Assembly: GCA_963695875.1 (NCBI GenBank)
Contig: CAVOID010000010.1
Span: forward strand, 128,001 to 192,000
DNA from: an uncultured delta proteobacterium
GTDB lineage: Bacteria > Desulfobacterota > Syntrophia > Syntrophales > UBA2185
DNA: 64,000 nt
Reading direction: 5' to 3'
Shown here: one piece after another, positions 43,252-52,109 of the stretch
How positions within the stretch are numbered: the stretch's first letter is position 1
How the letters are laid out: each line of letters starts with the position of its first letter
Notes under the pieces: model-generated
Told to the model about the DNA's origin: nothing
The model's database searches: none
Seen by the model: the letters and a program-made list of their open reading frames with translations, nothing else
Made by a program: the position numbers and the translations under genes

Positions 43252-44232
43252 ATGTCCACAAAGCAGCAATTACTCATCTATTTAAAAGAGGGTAAGGGAA
43301 CCTGGGTCTCCGGGGAATCACTGGCCCATAAAATGGCTATTTCCCGCACGGCCATATGGAAACATGTCCGTAACTTGAAAGAAGATGGCTATGTGATCGA
43401 ATCATCACCGAAAAAGGGATATCTCCTCCGGCAGGCTTCGGACCTGCTTCTTGTAAATGAAATCCAGGAAGGGCTGAACACCAGTGTTTTCGGCAAGAGG
43501 GACATTGCTTATTTCAAGGAAACAGACTCAACCAATTTGAGGGCGAAATTTTTGGCGAGTGACGGCGCACCTGAGGGAACAGTGGTTGTCGCGGAGAGTC
43601 AAACACGGGGAAGGGGCCGAAGGGGGAGAAGCTGGTTTTCACCCTCGGGAGAGGGTATCTATACCTCCATCATTCTGAGACCTTCCATATCCCCGAATGA
43701 AGCACCCAAGCTGACCTTGATGGCATCGGTTGCAGTTGCGGAAGCCTTACTTTCCATGACATCACTAGATATAAATATCAAATGGCCCAATGACATCCTC
43801 GTCAAAGGCAGGAAGATTGCCGGCATCCTGACGGAAATAAGCATGGAAATGGATAGAATTGATTATATAGTCATTGGCGTAGGCATCAATGTAAATACAC
43901 CTCGCAAAAGCCTGCCCCCCGATATCCGGGACATAGCAACTTCCGTTTTCATGGAAACAGGCAAACCCTTCCCCAGAATTGCCCTGCTGCGTGCATATCT
44001 GGAGTGGCTGGAAATATATTATGAAACATTCAAGACCAAGGGCTTTGAACCTGTCATGAATCGCTGGAAGAGCCTTGCTGATATAATCGGACATCGGGTT
44101 AGTGTGGATATGATCGACCGTGTGCGCGTCGGAGAAGTTCTCGATGTAGATAAAGACGGCTTCCTGATCCTCAAAGAACAGGGAGGCGCGCTTGAGAGGA
44201 TAATTTCCGGAGACGTCACCTTACTTGAATAA
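43252..44232 (+). CDS. birA: Bifunctional biotin ligase / repressor
   Basis: N-terminal HTH (SGESLA, SRTAIWKHV), STN, GRGRRGRSW, KWPND, KIAGIL. Confidence 0.97.
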   Translation: MSTKQQLLIYLKEGKGTWVSGESLAHKMAISRTAIWKHVRNLKEDGYVIESSPKKGYLLRQASDLLLVNEIQEGLNTSVFGKRDIAYFKETDSTNLRAKFLASDGAPEGTVVVAESQTRGRGRRGRSWFSPSGEGIYTSIILRPSISPNEAPKLTLMASVAVAEALLSMTSLDINIKWPNDILVKGRKIAGILTEISMEMDRIDYIVIGVGINVNTPRKSLPPDIRDIATSVFMETGKPFPRIALLRAYLEWLEIYYETFKTKGFEPVMNRWKSLADIIGHRVSVDMIDRVRVGEVLDVDKDGFLILKEQGGALERIISGDVTLLE

Positions 44233-44314
44233 TGGGTGAAGCGTTCCTTATATTGTGTGTCATTCGGACCAAAGTATGTCCCACTGGAGTTTAGACAGGA
44301 AGGAGAAATCATCA

Positions 44315-45692
44315 ATGGCAAGGAATCGCCAGAAAAGACTGGAAAATGACGATAAAAAATACATCTGGCATCCCTTTACCCAGATGCGGGGTTACATGAA
44401 GGAAAAGGCCCTGATCATTGAGGAAGGGGAAGGATGCATCCTAAAGGACATTGAGGGCAATTGTTATATCGACGGTGTTTCTTCTCTCTGGACAAATGTT
44501 CATGGGCACAGAAAGGAGCAACTTGACCGTGCCCTGAAAGAACAGGTTGACAAGATTGCCCATTCCACCCTGCTGGGGCTCTCCAATGTACCGGCAATAA
44601 GACTGGCCAAAAAATTAATCGACATTGCTCCCAAAGGGTTGACAAAGGTATTTTACTCCGATAACGGTTCCACCGCCAATGAAATAGCCCTGAAGATGGC
44701 CTTCCAGTACCACCAGCAGGCTCCAACGGGTAATCGCAACAAGAAAAAATTCATTCGCCTTTCCAATGCCTACCACGGAGATACGATAGGGTCTGTGAGT
44801 ATCGGAGGTATCGATCTTTTCCACTCCATGTATAAGGACCTCCTTTTCCCCTCGTACAGGGTGGATGCCCCCTACTGTTACCGCTGCGCCTTCGGGAAAT
44901 CATATCCTTCCTGTGATCTGTATTGCCTGACACCATTGGAAGAGATCATGAAGGGTCACAACCGGGAGATTGCAGCCCTGGTGATAGAGCCGGTCGTCCA
45001 GGGGGCGGGGGGAATCCTTGTCCAGCCGCCGGGATACTTGAAAAAGGTGAGAGAACTCTGCACTCGCTACAAAATCTTCATGATCGCCGATGAAGTGGCC
45101 GTCGGTTTTGGCAAGACGGGGAAGATGTTCGCCTGTGAACATGAAGATGTTGTACCGGATATCATGGCCCTGGCCAAGGGGATTGCGGGAGGATATCTGC
45201 CGCTTGCGGCCACACTCGTGACGGAAGAGATCTACGAGGGATTCCTGGGAGAGTTCGAAGAGTTCAAAACCTTCTTCCACGGACATACCTTTACGGGAAA
45301 TCCCCTGGCCTGTGCAGTCGCCCTTGCCAATCTTGAGGTCTTCGAAGAGGAGCGTACCATGGATAACCTCCAGAAGAAAATTGTCCATCTTAAGAAAAAG
45401 ACTAAAGCCATTTACCGAACTCGCCCACGTCGGCGAGGTGCGCCAGTGCGGATTCATGGTGGGTATCGAGCTTGTTGCGGATAGAAAGACAAAGGAACTT
45501 TTCCCCATTGAGAAGAGAACCGGTCATAGAGTCATTATGGAAGCAAGAAAAAGGGGCGTGATCATCCGTCCCCTGGGGGATGTAATCGTCCTGATGCCGC
45601 CGCTCAGCATTTCTGCAGGGGAGATCGATCAGCTCTGTGACGCGGTATACGAGTCGATCCGGGTTGTCACTGAGGGGCGGGGAAAATCGTGA
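44315..45692 (+). CDS. bioA: 7,8-diaminopelargonate synthase (frameshift near 45395)
   Basis: [43 protein letters not shown]. Confidence 0.93.
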
Positions 45693-45813
45693 CGTCCGAG
45701 ACGCCCAGCATACCAAGCGGCAGGACAAACATCGCGCTAAACTGCACGGCTGTAAGACGGGCGTCTTACCTGTCTATAACGAATGAAATCAGTATCAGGC
45801 AGAGTACTGACCG

Positions 45814-46122
45814 ATGAACATCGAAGGAACTAACAAGGATACCTGGGAGGGTGTATTTTATTTTTCTCCCGATGACAGCATCTACCGGGATCATTTCCCC
45901 GGTTATCCGGTCGTCCCGGGAAGCCTGATCGTCCATGCCTTCCTGCAAGCGGCAGCAGAGGCCGGCATCACGGAAGAGTGTCGCTCACTGGAAAATTTCC
46001 GCTTCCGGGAGTTTCTCACCCCCGGTCGTTATTCATTTCGTATAGAACGTCAGGAGGACCGGTTGAGCTGCCTGATTTATCGCGGTCCGAAGAAACTGGT
46101 TACAGGAGCCTTGGGACAATGA
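45814..46122 (+). CDS. Hotdog-fold 3-hydroxyacyl-ACP dehydratase-like protein
   Basis: DHFPGYPVVPG motif, FREFLTPG. Confidence 0.8.
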   Translation: MNIEGTNKDTWEGVFYFSPDDSIYRDHFPGYPVVPGSLIVHAFLQAAAEAGITEECRSLENFRFREFLTPGRYSFRIERQEDRLSCLIYRGPKKLVTGALGQ

Positions 46123-46863
46123 ATTTGAAATTTTCCGGGATGCGCGCCCTGCTTTTGGGGGGTACCTGCGAACTTGCCCTTACCCTGGCTAGCTTCATGA
46201 TCGAGTACCTCTCTTTTTCCGATCCTGACATACAGGAACGACAAAGGACAAAACGTCATCAAAAAAGCCCTGCCGCACATGGAAGGAAAATACGACACCC
46301 GTTATCTGGACTTCGGCGACCGCGATTCGCTGGACTTACTCTTCTCTTATATTGGTGACGATCTTGATTTTGTGGTTGATTTTGCCCAAGGAAACTATGA
46401 AAGCCTCATCGCGCAGGCGGATAGGGATAGTGTGTATCGATATTTTAGCGAGAATGTCTCCTTTCGTGCGGAGGTTTTGAAAATGGCAGGGAGGGTCATG
46501 CTGAAGAAAAGGAAAGGGAGGCTCGTCTTTATTTCATCAACGGCAGCCCCAAAGCCCAACCCTGGTCAGGGATTTTATGCCGCTGCAAAACTGGCTTCCG
46601 AGGCCCTTTACCGGAATATGGGACTGGAACTGGGGAAACGCGGTATCACCACGGTAATTCTGCGCCCCGGATATGTCGATGCCGGAAGGGGAAAAGAATA
46701 TCTTCAGGAACAGGACGGGAAAATCCTCGAGACGGTGCCGATAAAGAGGGCGATAACACGAAATGAGATTGCGGAAACTATTCTTTTCCTTCTTTCCGAC
46801 AGCGCCGCCGGCATGAACGCCACGGAAATTACCATGGACGGCGGTTTATCATATAGGAAATGA
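46119..46863 (+). CDS. SDR, 3-oxoacyl-ACP reductase-like (frameshift near 46210)
   Basis: ISS, YAAAK, PGYVD, MDGG; atypical N-terminal GGTCELA. Confidence 0.82.
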
Positions 46864-46885
46864 GGGAAATAGCTTTGAGGGTTAC

Positions 46886-47257
46886 ATGGATACTTTTGCA
46901 GAGATAAAGAAGATACTAGTAGAACTCCTTGATCTTGAAGGCGGGGAGATTATGCCGGAGACCTTTTTGATAAAGGAGTTGGGCGCCGAATCCATCGATC
47001 TTCTGGAGCTTGCGGTCGCCATAAACAGTCGCTTCAAAATCGCCGTAAGGGATGAGGCTATTTTTCTGACACGTTTCCGCCTGCATATAACCGAAGCTAC
47101 ACAGCAGGGAAAAGAAATCGTCTCTTATCTTGCCGGGAAATACCCACATCTTACGGAAGACCGGATTACCAAAATCGTCGCACACATCGGTGAAGGACCT
47201 CAATTGCAAATCAAGGATCTGATCAGCTACATAACGTGTCAGTTACAGGCGGTTTGA
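46886..47257 (+). CDS. Acyl carrier protein, extended (123 aa)
   Basis: ELGAESIDLLEL phosphopantetheine-Ser motif. Confidence 0.82.
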   Translation: MDTFAEIKKILVELLDLEGGEIMPETFLIKELGAESIDLLELAVAINSRFKIAVRDEAIFLTRFRLHITEATQQGKEIVSYLAGKYPHLTEDRITKIVAHIGEGPQLQIKDLISYITCQLQAV

Positions 47258-47265
47258 AAACTTAT

Positions 47266-47901
47266 ATGGAGACGCCTCTGGACAAACTGATTCAAGGAAG
47301 AAGAAGCATCCGGAAATATAGGCCGGATATTCCTCCAGAAGAATGGATAAAAAAGATGATCATGACGGCAATGAAAGCGCCATCGCCGACAAACAGTCAG
47401 CCTGTGCGGTTTATCCGTATACTCACCCCGGAATTAAAGGAACAGTTGCGCCAAGCCATGGAACACGGAAGGGAGTGTTTACTAGAGACTGTTAAAGATG
47501 CCCCCAGTTCCAAAAGATTAAGAAATTGGATCACCGCCTACTTTAGGTTCTCGGAATTCATGTTCCATGCACCCATTCTTTTTGCCGTGGGTACAACCGC
47601 GACCTTCGTCAGTCTTTCGGAAAGGCTCTTCCGGGCCGGCATGAGAGAACAGGGACACAAAAAACACAGGGATGTAGATATCGCTGTGGGTCTGGCGCTG
47701 AAAGGATATCTGTTAAAGGGGGAAGATCTGGGTCTCGGTTCCTGCATTCTTACCGCCCCTCTGATTTTCATCGAGGAGCCGGAAACGATTTTTCCTTTGA
47801 AAGGAATAGAGATCAAGTGCTTTGTGACCACGGGATATCCCGATGAAGAACCGGATTACATCAAAAGAAAAGATTTTAATGAAATCTACAGGGAAATCTG
47901 A
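47266..47901 (+). CDS. Nitroreductase-family flavoprotein
   Basis: RRSIRKY, APSPTNSQP, LGLGSC, GYP. Confidence 0.88.
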   Translation: METPLDKLIQGRRSIRKYRPDIPPEEWIKKMIMTAMKAPSPTNSQPVRFIRILTPELKEQLRQAMEHGRECLLETVKDAPSSKRLRNWITAYFRFSEFMFHAPILFAVGTTATFVSLSERLFRAGMREQGHKKHRDVDIAVGLALKGYLLKGEDLGLGSCILTAPLIFIEEPETIFPLKGIEIKCFVTTGYPDEEPDYIKRKDFNEIYREI

Positions 47902-49132
47902 ATTGAAGAGAAGAATTGTCATTACTTCAGTGGGGATTATCTCCTCCCTCGGCCATCAGCATGCTGAGATTATACAAAATCTCAAAGAGGGAAAAGTTAA
48001 TTTTGCCAGGCCCGTCTTTGATAATGACGTCGTTATCGCGCCTGTGGCGAACTTCAATATCCGGGATCATACGGGACGTTTCAAGGACGGCCGCTATCTT
48101 AGCCGGGGTGCTAAGTTTGCCGTTGCCGCCGCGATGGCGGCAATAAAAAATTCAGGTTACAAAAAGGAGGATCTGGCAGAAGGGGGGCTTTTCGTCGGCA
48201 CAGGCCCGAACCTCGATATCGGCGGCGAATTCCCGGATGTCCATGGAGGAAACATTGACCGGGAAGACCTCCAGGCCTTGTGGATTCTGAAATTTCTTCC
48301 CAACACCGCCGCATCCATTATCGCCAAACTGGCGGGGATCCATGGAGAGAACCTGACGGTATCTACCGCCTGTTCGGCGTCCCTGCAGGCGATCGGTGAA
48401 GCCTTTCGCAAAATAAAAGCAGGATATCTAGATTTTGCTATTGCCGGGGGAGGAGATTCACGCCTGAGTCCCGGAGGGATTCTGGCCTACAAGAAGGCGG
48501 GCGCCCTATATGCCGGCAACAGTGATCCCGAAAAGGCAAGCCGGCCCTTTGATTGCAACCGAAAGGGCTTTGTGCCCGGTGAGGGAGGCGCCTTTTTCCT
48601 TCTGGAAGAATTGGAAAGGGCCAAAAAGCGGGGGGCGCGGATATACGGCGAAATCTGCGGTTACGCGAGTTCCCTGGATGCTTACAACATGACGGCCCCG
48701 GAAAGGGAAGGGAAGTGGGGAAGGATTGCCGTGCTTTCTGCCTTGCGGGAAGCGGAAATGTCCCCCTCGCAGATCGACGTGATTTCCACACACGGAACGG
48801 GAACATTTCTAAACGATGCCAGGGAGGCCGATCTCATCGGGGATATCTATGCAGGCTGTAGCCCCCGGGTAATGGCCCTGAAGTCCTGGATCGGGCATAC
48901 CGCGGCCGCCTGTGGCACCATGGAGCTTGCGATCTCTTTGATATGCATGCAGGAGAATTACCTTCCCGAGATCAGGAACCTGCAGGAGCCCTGCCACAGG
49001 GAAATCAACTTTGTGCGGGAGGGAGGAAGCTTTTCTTTTGGTACGTGCACCATTGAAAATTTCGGTTTTGGCGGGCAGAACAGCGTATTGGTTGTAAAAC
49101 GGAGCAATGAACTTTCTTGCGCAGGACTTTAG
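47879..49132 (+). CDS. Beta-ketoacyl-ACP synthase (FabF-like)
   Basis: TACSAS, SRPFD, GEGG, HGTGT, KSWIGH, NFGFGGQN; Cys-His-His triad intact. Confidence 0.92.
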   Translation: MKSTGKSELKRRIVITSVGIISSLGHQHAEIIQNLKEGKVNFARPVFDNDVVIAPVANFNIRDHTGRFKDGRYLSRGAKFAVAAAMAAIKNSGYKKEDLAEGGLFVGTGPNLDIGGEFPDVHGGNIDREDLQALWILKFLPNTAASIIAKLAGIHGENLTVSTACSASLQAIGEAFRKIKAGYLDFAIAGGGDSRLSPGGILAYKKAGALYAGNSDPEKASRPFDCNRKGFVPGEGGAFFLLEELERAKKRGARIYGEICGYASSLDAYNMTAPEREGKWGRIAVLSALREAEMSPSQIDVISTHGTGTFLNDAREADLIGDIYAGCSPRVMALKSWIGHTAAACGTMELAISLICMQENYLPEIRNLQEPCHREINFVREGGSFSFGTCTIENFGFGGQNSVLVVKRSNELSCAGL

Positions 49133-49163
49133 TCCTGCATATGAAAGCAGGCCCTTGCCATAA

Positions 49164-49256
49164 CGTAGTTGCCAGGGAGTGAAACAACCGAAGCAATCTC
49201 CCAATGCATTAGAAACAAGGAGATTGCTACGCTCCTTGAGGGTCGCTCACAATGAC
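49164..49256. repeat. Family B element inside biotin operon
   Basis: GAAGCAATCTCC / GGAGATTGCTAC inner stem, ends CAATGAC; close to the 31535-31626 copy. Confidence 0.65.
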
Positions 49257-49315
49257 CAAAAAAGATGATTACGTCATAATCTGGCTATTGAAATGACATC
49301 TATCGAAAATATCAT

Positions 49316-49768
49316 ATGGATGTGGAAATTGTAATTGATACAGGACTGAAGGGTTTTGTAATACTCGACCGGGTTTTGGAAGTCAGCACTTCCCAAATTG
49401 TCGGTGTCCGATCATTTTCAGATGACCCAGTCTTTTTGGGTCTGGAATCACTCGCCCAGCTTGGTGCGTATCATATCCGTTATCTCACAGGTTTTTCCAG
49501 ACACGTCTTTCTGATTAAAATCTCATACTGCAGTCTCCCTCGTGGAAAAGTTATGGATGGAGAACATCTGCTCTCCGGAAACCTTCGCCATCAGAGCGAA
49601 GCTTCCTTTCTTTGTCACCTGAAGGCGGAAAAAGAGAATAGAACGATCGTAGAGGGGGAATTTCTCTATGCCGCAGTTGACTACGATCATAATTTCCAGA
49701 GTGAAAATTTGCGTCACCACTACACAAAGGTATTTTCATGTTTGCAGAAAGATATAAAAACAGGTTGA
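49316..49768 (+). CDS. Second hotdog-fold dehydratase-like protein
   Basis: FVILDRV and LESLAQLGA, FabZ-like, without the HFP motif. Confidence 0.65.
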   Translation: MDVEIVIDTGLKGFVILDRVLEVSTSQIVGVRSFSDDPVFLGLESLAQLGAYHIRYLTGFSRHVFLIKISYCSLPRGKVMDGEHLLSGNLRHQSEASFLCHLKAEKENRTIVEGEFLYAAVDYDHNFQSENLRHHYTKVFSCLQKDIKTG

Positions 49769-50889
49769 TGATTCAAAAGACCACTGGTCTTTACCGTAAT
49801 CCGCCGGAGGTGAGTACGAAGGAGGGGAAATATCTCCTCATGGGGAGTAGCAGGGTTCTCAATTTCGCCTCCAATGACTATCTGGGACTTAGCGTCTCCG
49901 GGGAAATGCGGCAGAAGGCGGCCCGGAATTTCCAAAAGTACGGTACATCATCTTCCTCCTCGCGTTTAGTATCCGGCAACTACTCGGTAATCAACGAAGC
50001 GGAAAAAGCATACGCATTATATTTCGGGTATTACGACACTTTATTTTTCCCGAGCGGTTACCAGGCAAACATGGGAGTACTCTCCACCTTCCTGGAACGG
50101 GGAGACACAGTTATATTCGACAAGCACATCCATGCCAGCTCCGTCAAAGGAATGACCATGAGCGGCGCTGATTTTTACGGCTATAATCACAATTCCATGT
50201 CCCATCTTGAAAAAAGACTAAAAGCACACAGCAATGGACAGGTCGCAGTTTTAACGGAATCCATCTTCAGCATGGATGGAGATGTTCTTGATGCCGCCGG
50301 CTTAAACAATTTAAAAAATCATTACGGCTTTCTGACAATCGTCGATGAGGCGCACGCTTTTGGCGCCGCAGGTTTCGAGGGACGGGGCTTCGCCGGTTCC
50401 GTCGCGGATATTGCCGTGGGCACATTCGGGAAGGCCTTCGGCTTTTTCGGCGCCTTTGCGCTTCTTCCCGAAGGGTTTAAGGAATACCTCTTTAATTTCT
50501 CTTCCCCTCTCATTTATACCACAACACTCCCGGAAGCACATGCCGCCACTGCTCTGGACATCCTGGGAATCATGGAACGAAGTGAAGACAGGAGAAAAGA
50601 CTTGAGAGGAATCAGTCAATTTATGAGGGAAGGCTTGCGTCGCGAGGGGTTTCAAGTTACCGGTGATGCCCACATTCTGGCGCTCATGGTCGGGGATGAG
50701 GAAAAAGCGGTGAGGCTTTCCCGGCGGCTCCTGGAAAACGATATATTCGTCCTTCCGGCCCGGTACCCGACAGTTCCTCTCGGTCATGCCATATTGAGAA
50801 TAAGCCTCACGGCACTGCTGGAAGAAGAAGACGTCAAATCGTTCATTGCTCACTTGAAGGAAACCAATAGAGAGTTCGAAAAATCCTGA
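49738..50889 (+). CDS. bioF: 8-amino-7-oxononanoate synthase
   Basis: NFASNDYLGL, SRLVSG, SGYQAN, HAS, ESIFSMDGD, DEAH, TFGKA, PTVP. Confidence 0.92.
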   Translation: MFAERYKNRLMIQKTTGLYRNPPEVSTKEGKYLLMGSSRVLNFASNDYLGLSVSGEMRQKAARNFQKYGTSSSSSRLVSGNYSVINEAEKAYALYFGYYDTLFFPSGYQANMGVLSTFLERGDTVIFDKHIHASSVKGMTMSGADFYGYNHNSMSHLEKRLKAHSNGQVAVLTESIFSMDGDVLDAAGLNNLKNHYGFLTIVDEAHAFGAAGFEGRGFAGSVADIAVGTFGKAFGFFGAFALLPEGFKEYLFNFSSPLIYTTTLPEAHAATALDILGIMERSEDRRKDLRGISQFMREGLRREGFQVTGDAHILALMVGDEEKAVRLSRRLLENDIFVLPARYPTVPLGHAILRISLTALLEEEDVKSFIAHLKETNREFEKS

Positions 50890-50931
50890 ATCTTGAATCC
50901 TTTTAGAAACTAAATTGGAAAAGAACTAAAA

Positions 50932-51625
50932 ATGGACAATCTATTTGTGGTGGGGACTGATACAGGGGTGGGGAAGACCGTGCTTTCTCTTCTCTTGATG
51001 AAATTCTTTTTTTCTCGGGGATATAACCCTTTTTATCTGAAGCCAGTGCAGACCGGATGCAAGGATCCAAATGACGTCGACAGTGACGCAAGGTTTATTT
51101 ACCGTTACGTTGGGCAGTTAAAAGATAAGGACCCGGCTGATTCCGTAATCTATTGTTTTAAGAATCCTAAGGCCCCCATTTTTGCCGCCCGTGATGAAGG
51201 CAAAGCAATAGACTTATCGGTTATAATAAAAGCAGTAGTTGAAAAGGCCAGCTCTTACTCGCCTCTTATTATTGAAGGAGCGGGCGGTGTCCTCGTCCCG
51301 GTGGTCGGAGGTACTTTTGTGGCTGACTTACCGATGCTAACAAATGCCAGAGCCGGTTATTGCCGCACGGGCGGGATTGGGAACTATCAACCATACACTT
51401 CTTACCATTGAAGCCCTGACTCGCAGAGGACTTGCACCTTTAGGAGTCGTTTTAATCGATGCGGCGAAAAAAGAAACGCCGCCGGAAATGGTCGCAGAAA
51501 ACATACTGGCCATAGAGGAGGCCTCCGGTGTGAAAGTGACCGGTGTTATCGGCAGAATAATGGAATTTTGCCAACCGCCGCAGGATTGCTATCTGCCGAT
51601 TTCAAAAATGTTTGGTAAATTGTGA
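50932..51625 (+). CDS. bioD: Dethiobiotin synthetase (frameshift near 51350)
   Basis: GTDTGVGKT, KPVQTG, EGAGG, LGTINHTLLT. Confidence 0.93.
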
Positions 51626-51679
51626 TTGCCCTTAAAGATCCTTTCTTATCATCCATCTATAAAATATAAAAAAATTATC

Positions 51680-51754
51680 TTGACATCAATCAATTAATCC
51701 TGTAATTCACATAACAACGACATGACTGATAGTCATATAATGACTCTTAGTCAT
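51680..51754 (+). promoter_or_regulatory. Promoter plus tandem palindromic operators upstream of acs
   Basis: TTGACA(51680)-17-TAATTC; ATGACT-GAT-AGTCAT (51722-51736) and ATGACT-CTT-AGTCAT (51740-51754). Confidence 0.65.
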
Positions 51755-52109
51755 CATGAAAAATATATACTTGATAGTTTCTAAATAATAATTATTATGA
51801 TACGGAAAGATGTCTTGTCTAAGGATTAATTTCATGATACGTAAAACAATAATTTATTTAGATTCAAAATATTTAGATAATCTTAATATTATTTATAAAT
51901 CTTTTAATATTGATATATGCCAATTTCCTGATGTAAGTTTCCGCATCATGGGCAAAACCTGAGCACCATCATTCCCGAATAGGGAGATTCCAGAACCACA
52001 CTGACAAACGTGGATTCCCGTTTTTACAAGATTTATGCAGCATGCATATAGAGAAATTTGATTCAATGTCAATATGTAAAGATACAGAAAAGGGAGGTTA
52101 TATATAAAC

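Noticed and set aside
45696..45767. AGACGCCC / GGGCGTCT inverted repeat between bioA and the dehydratase
   Set aside because: Single short stem with a long loop, no U-run and no second copy; not enough to call a function.
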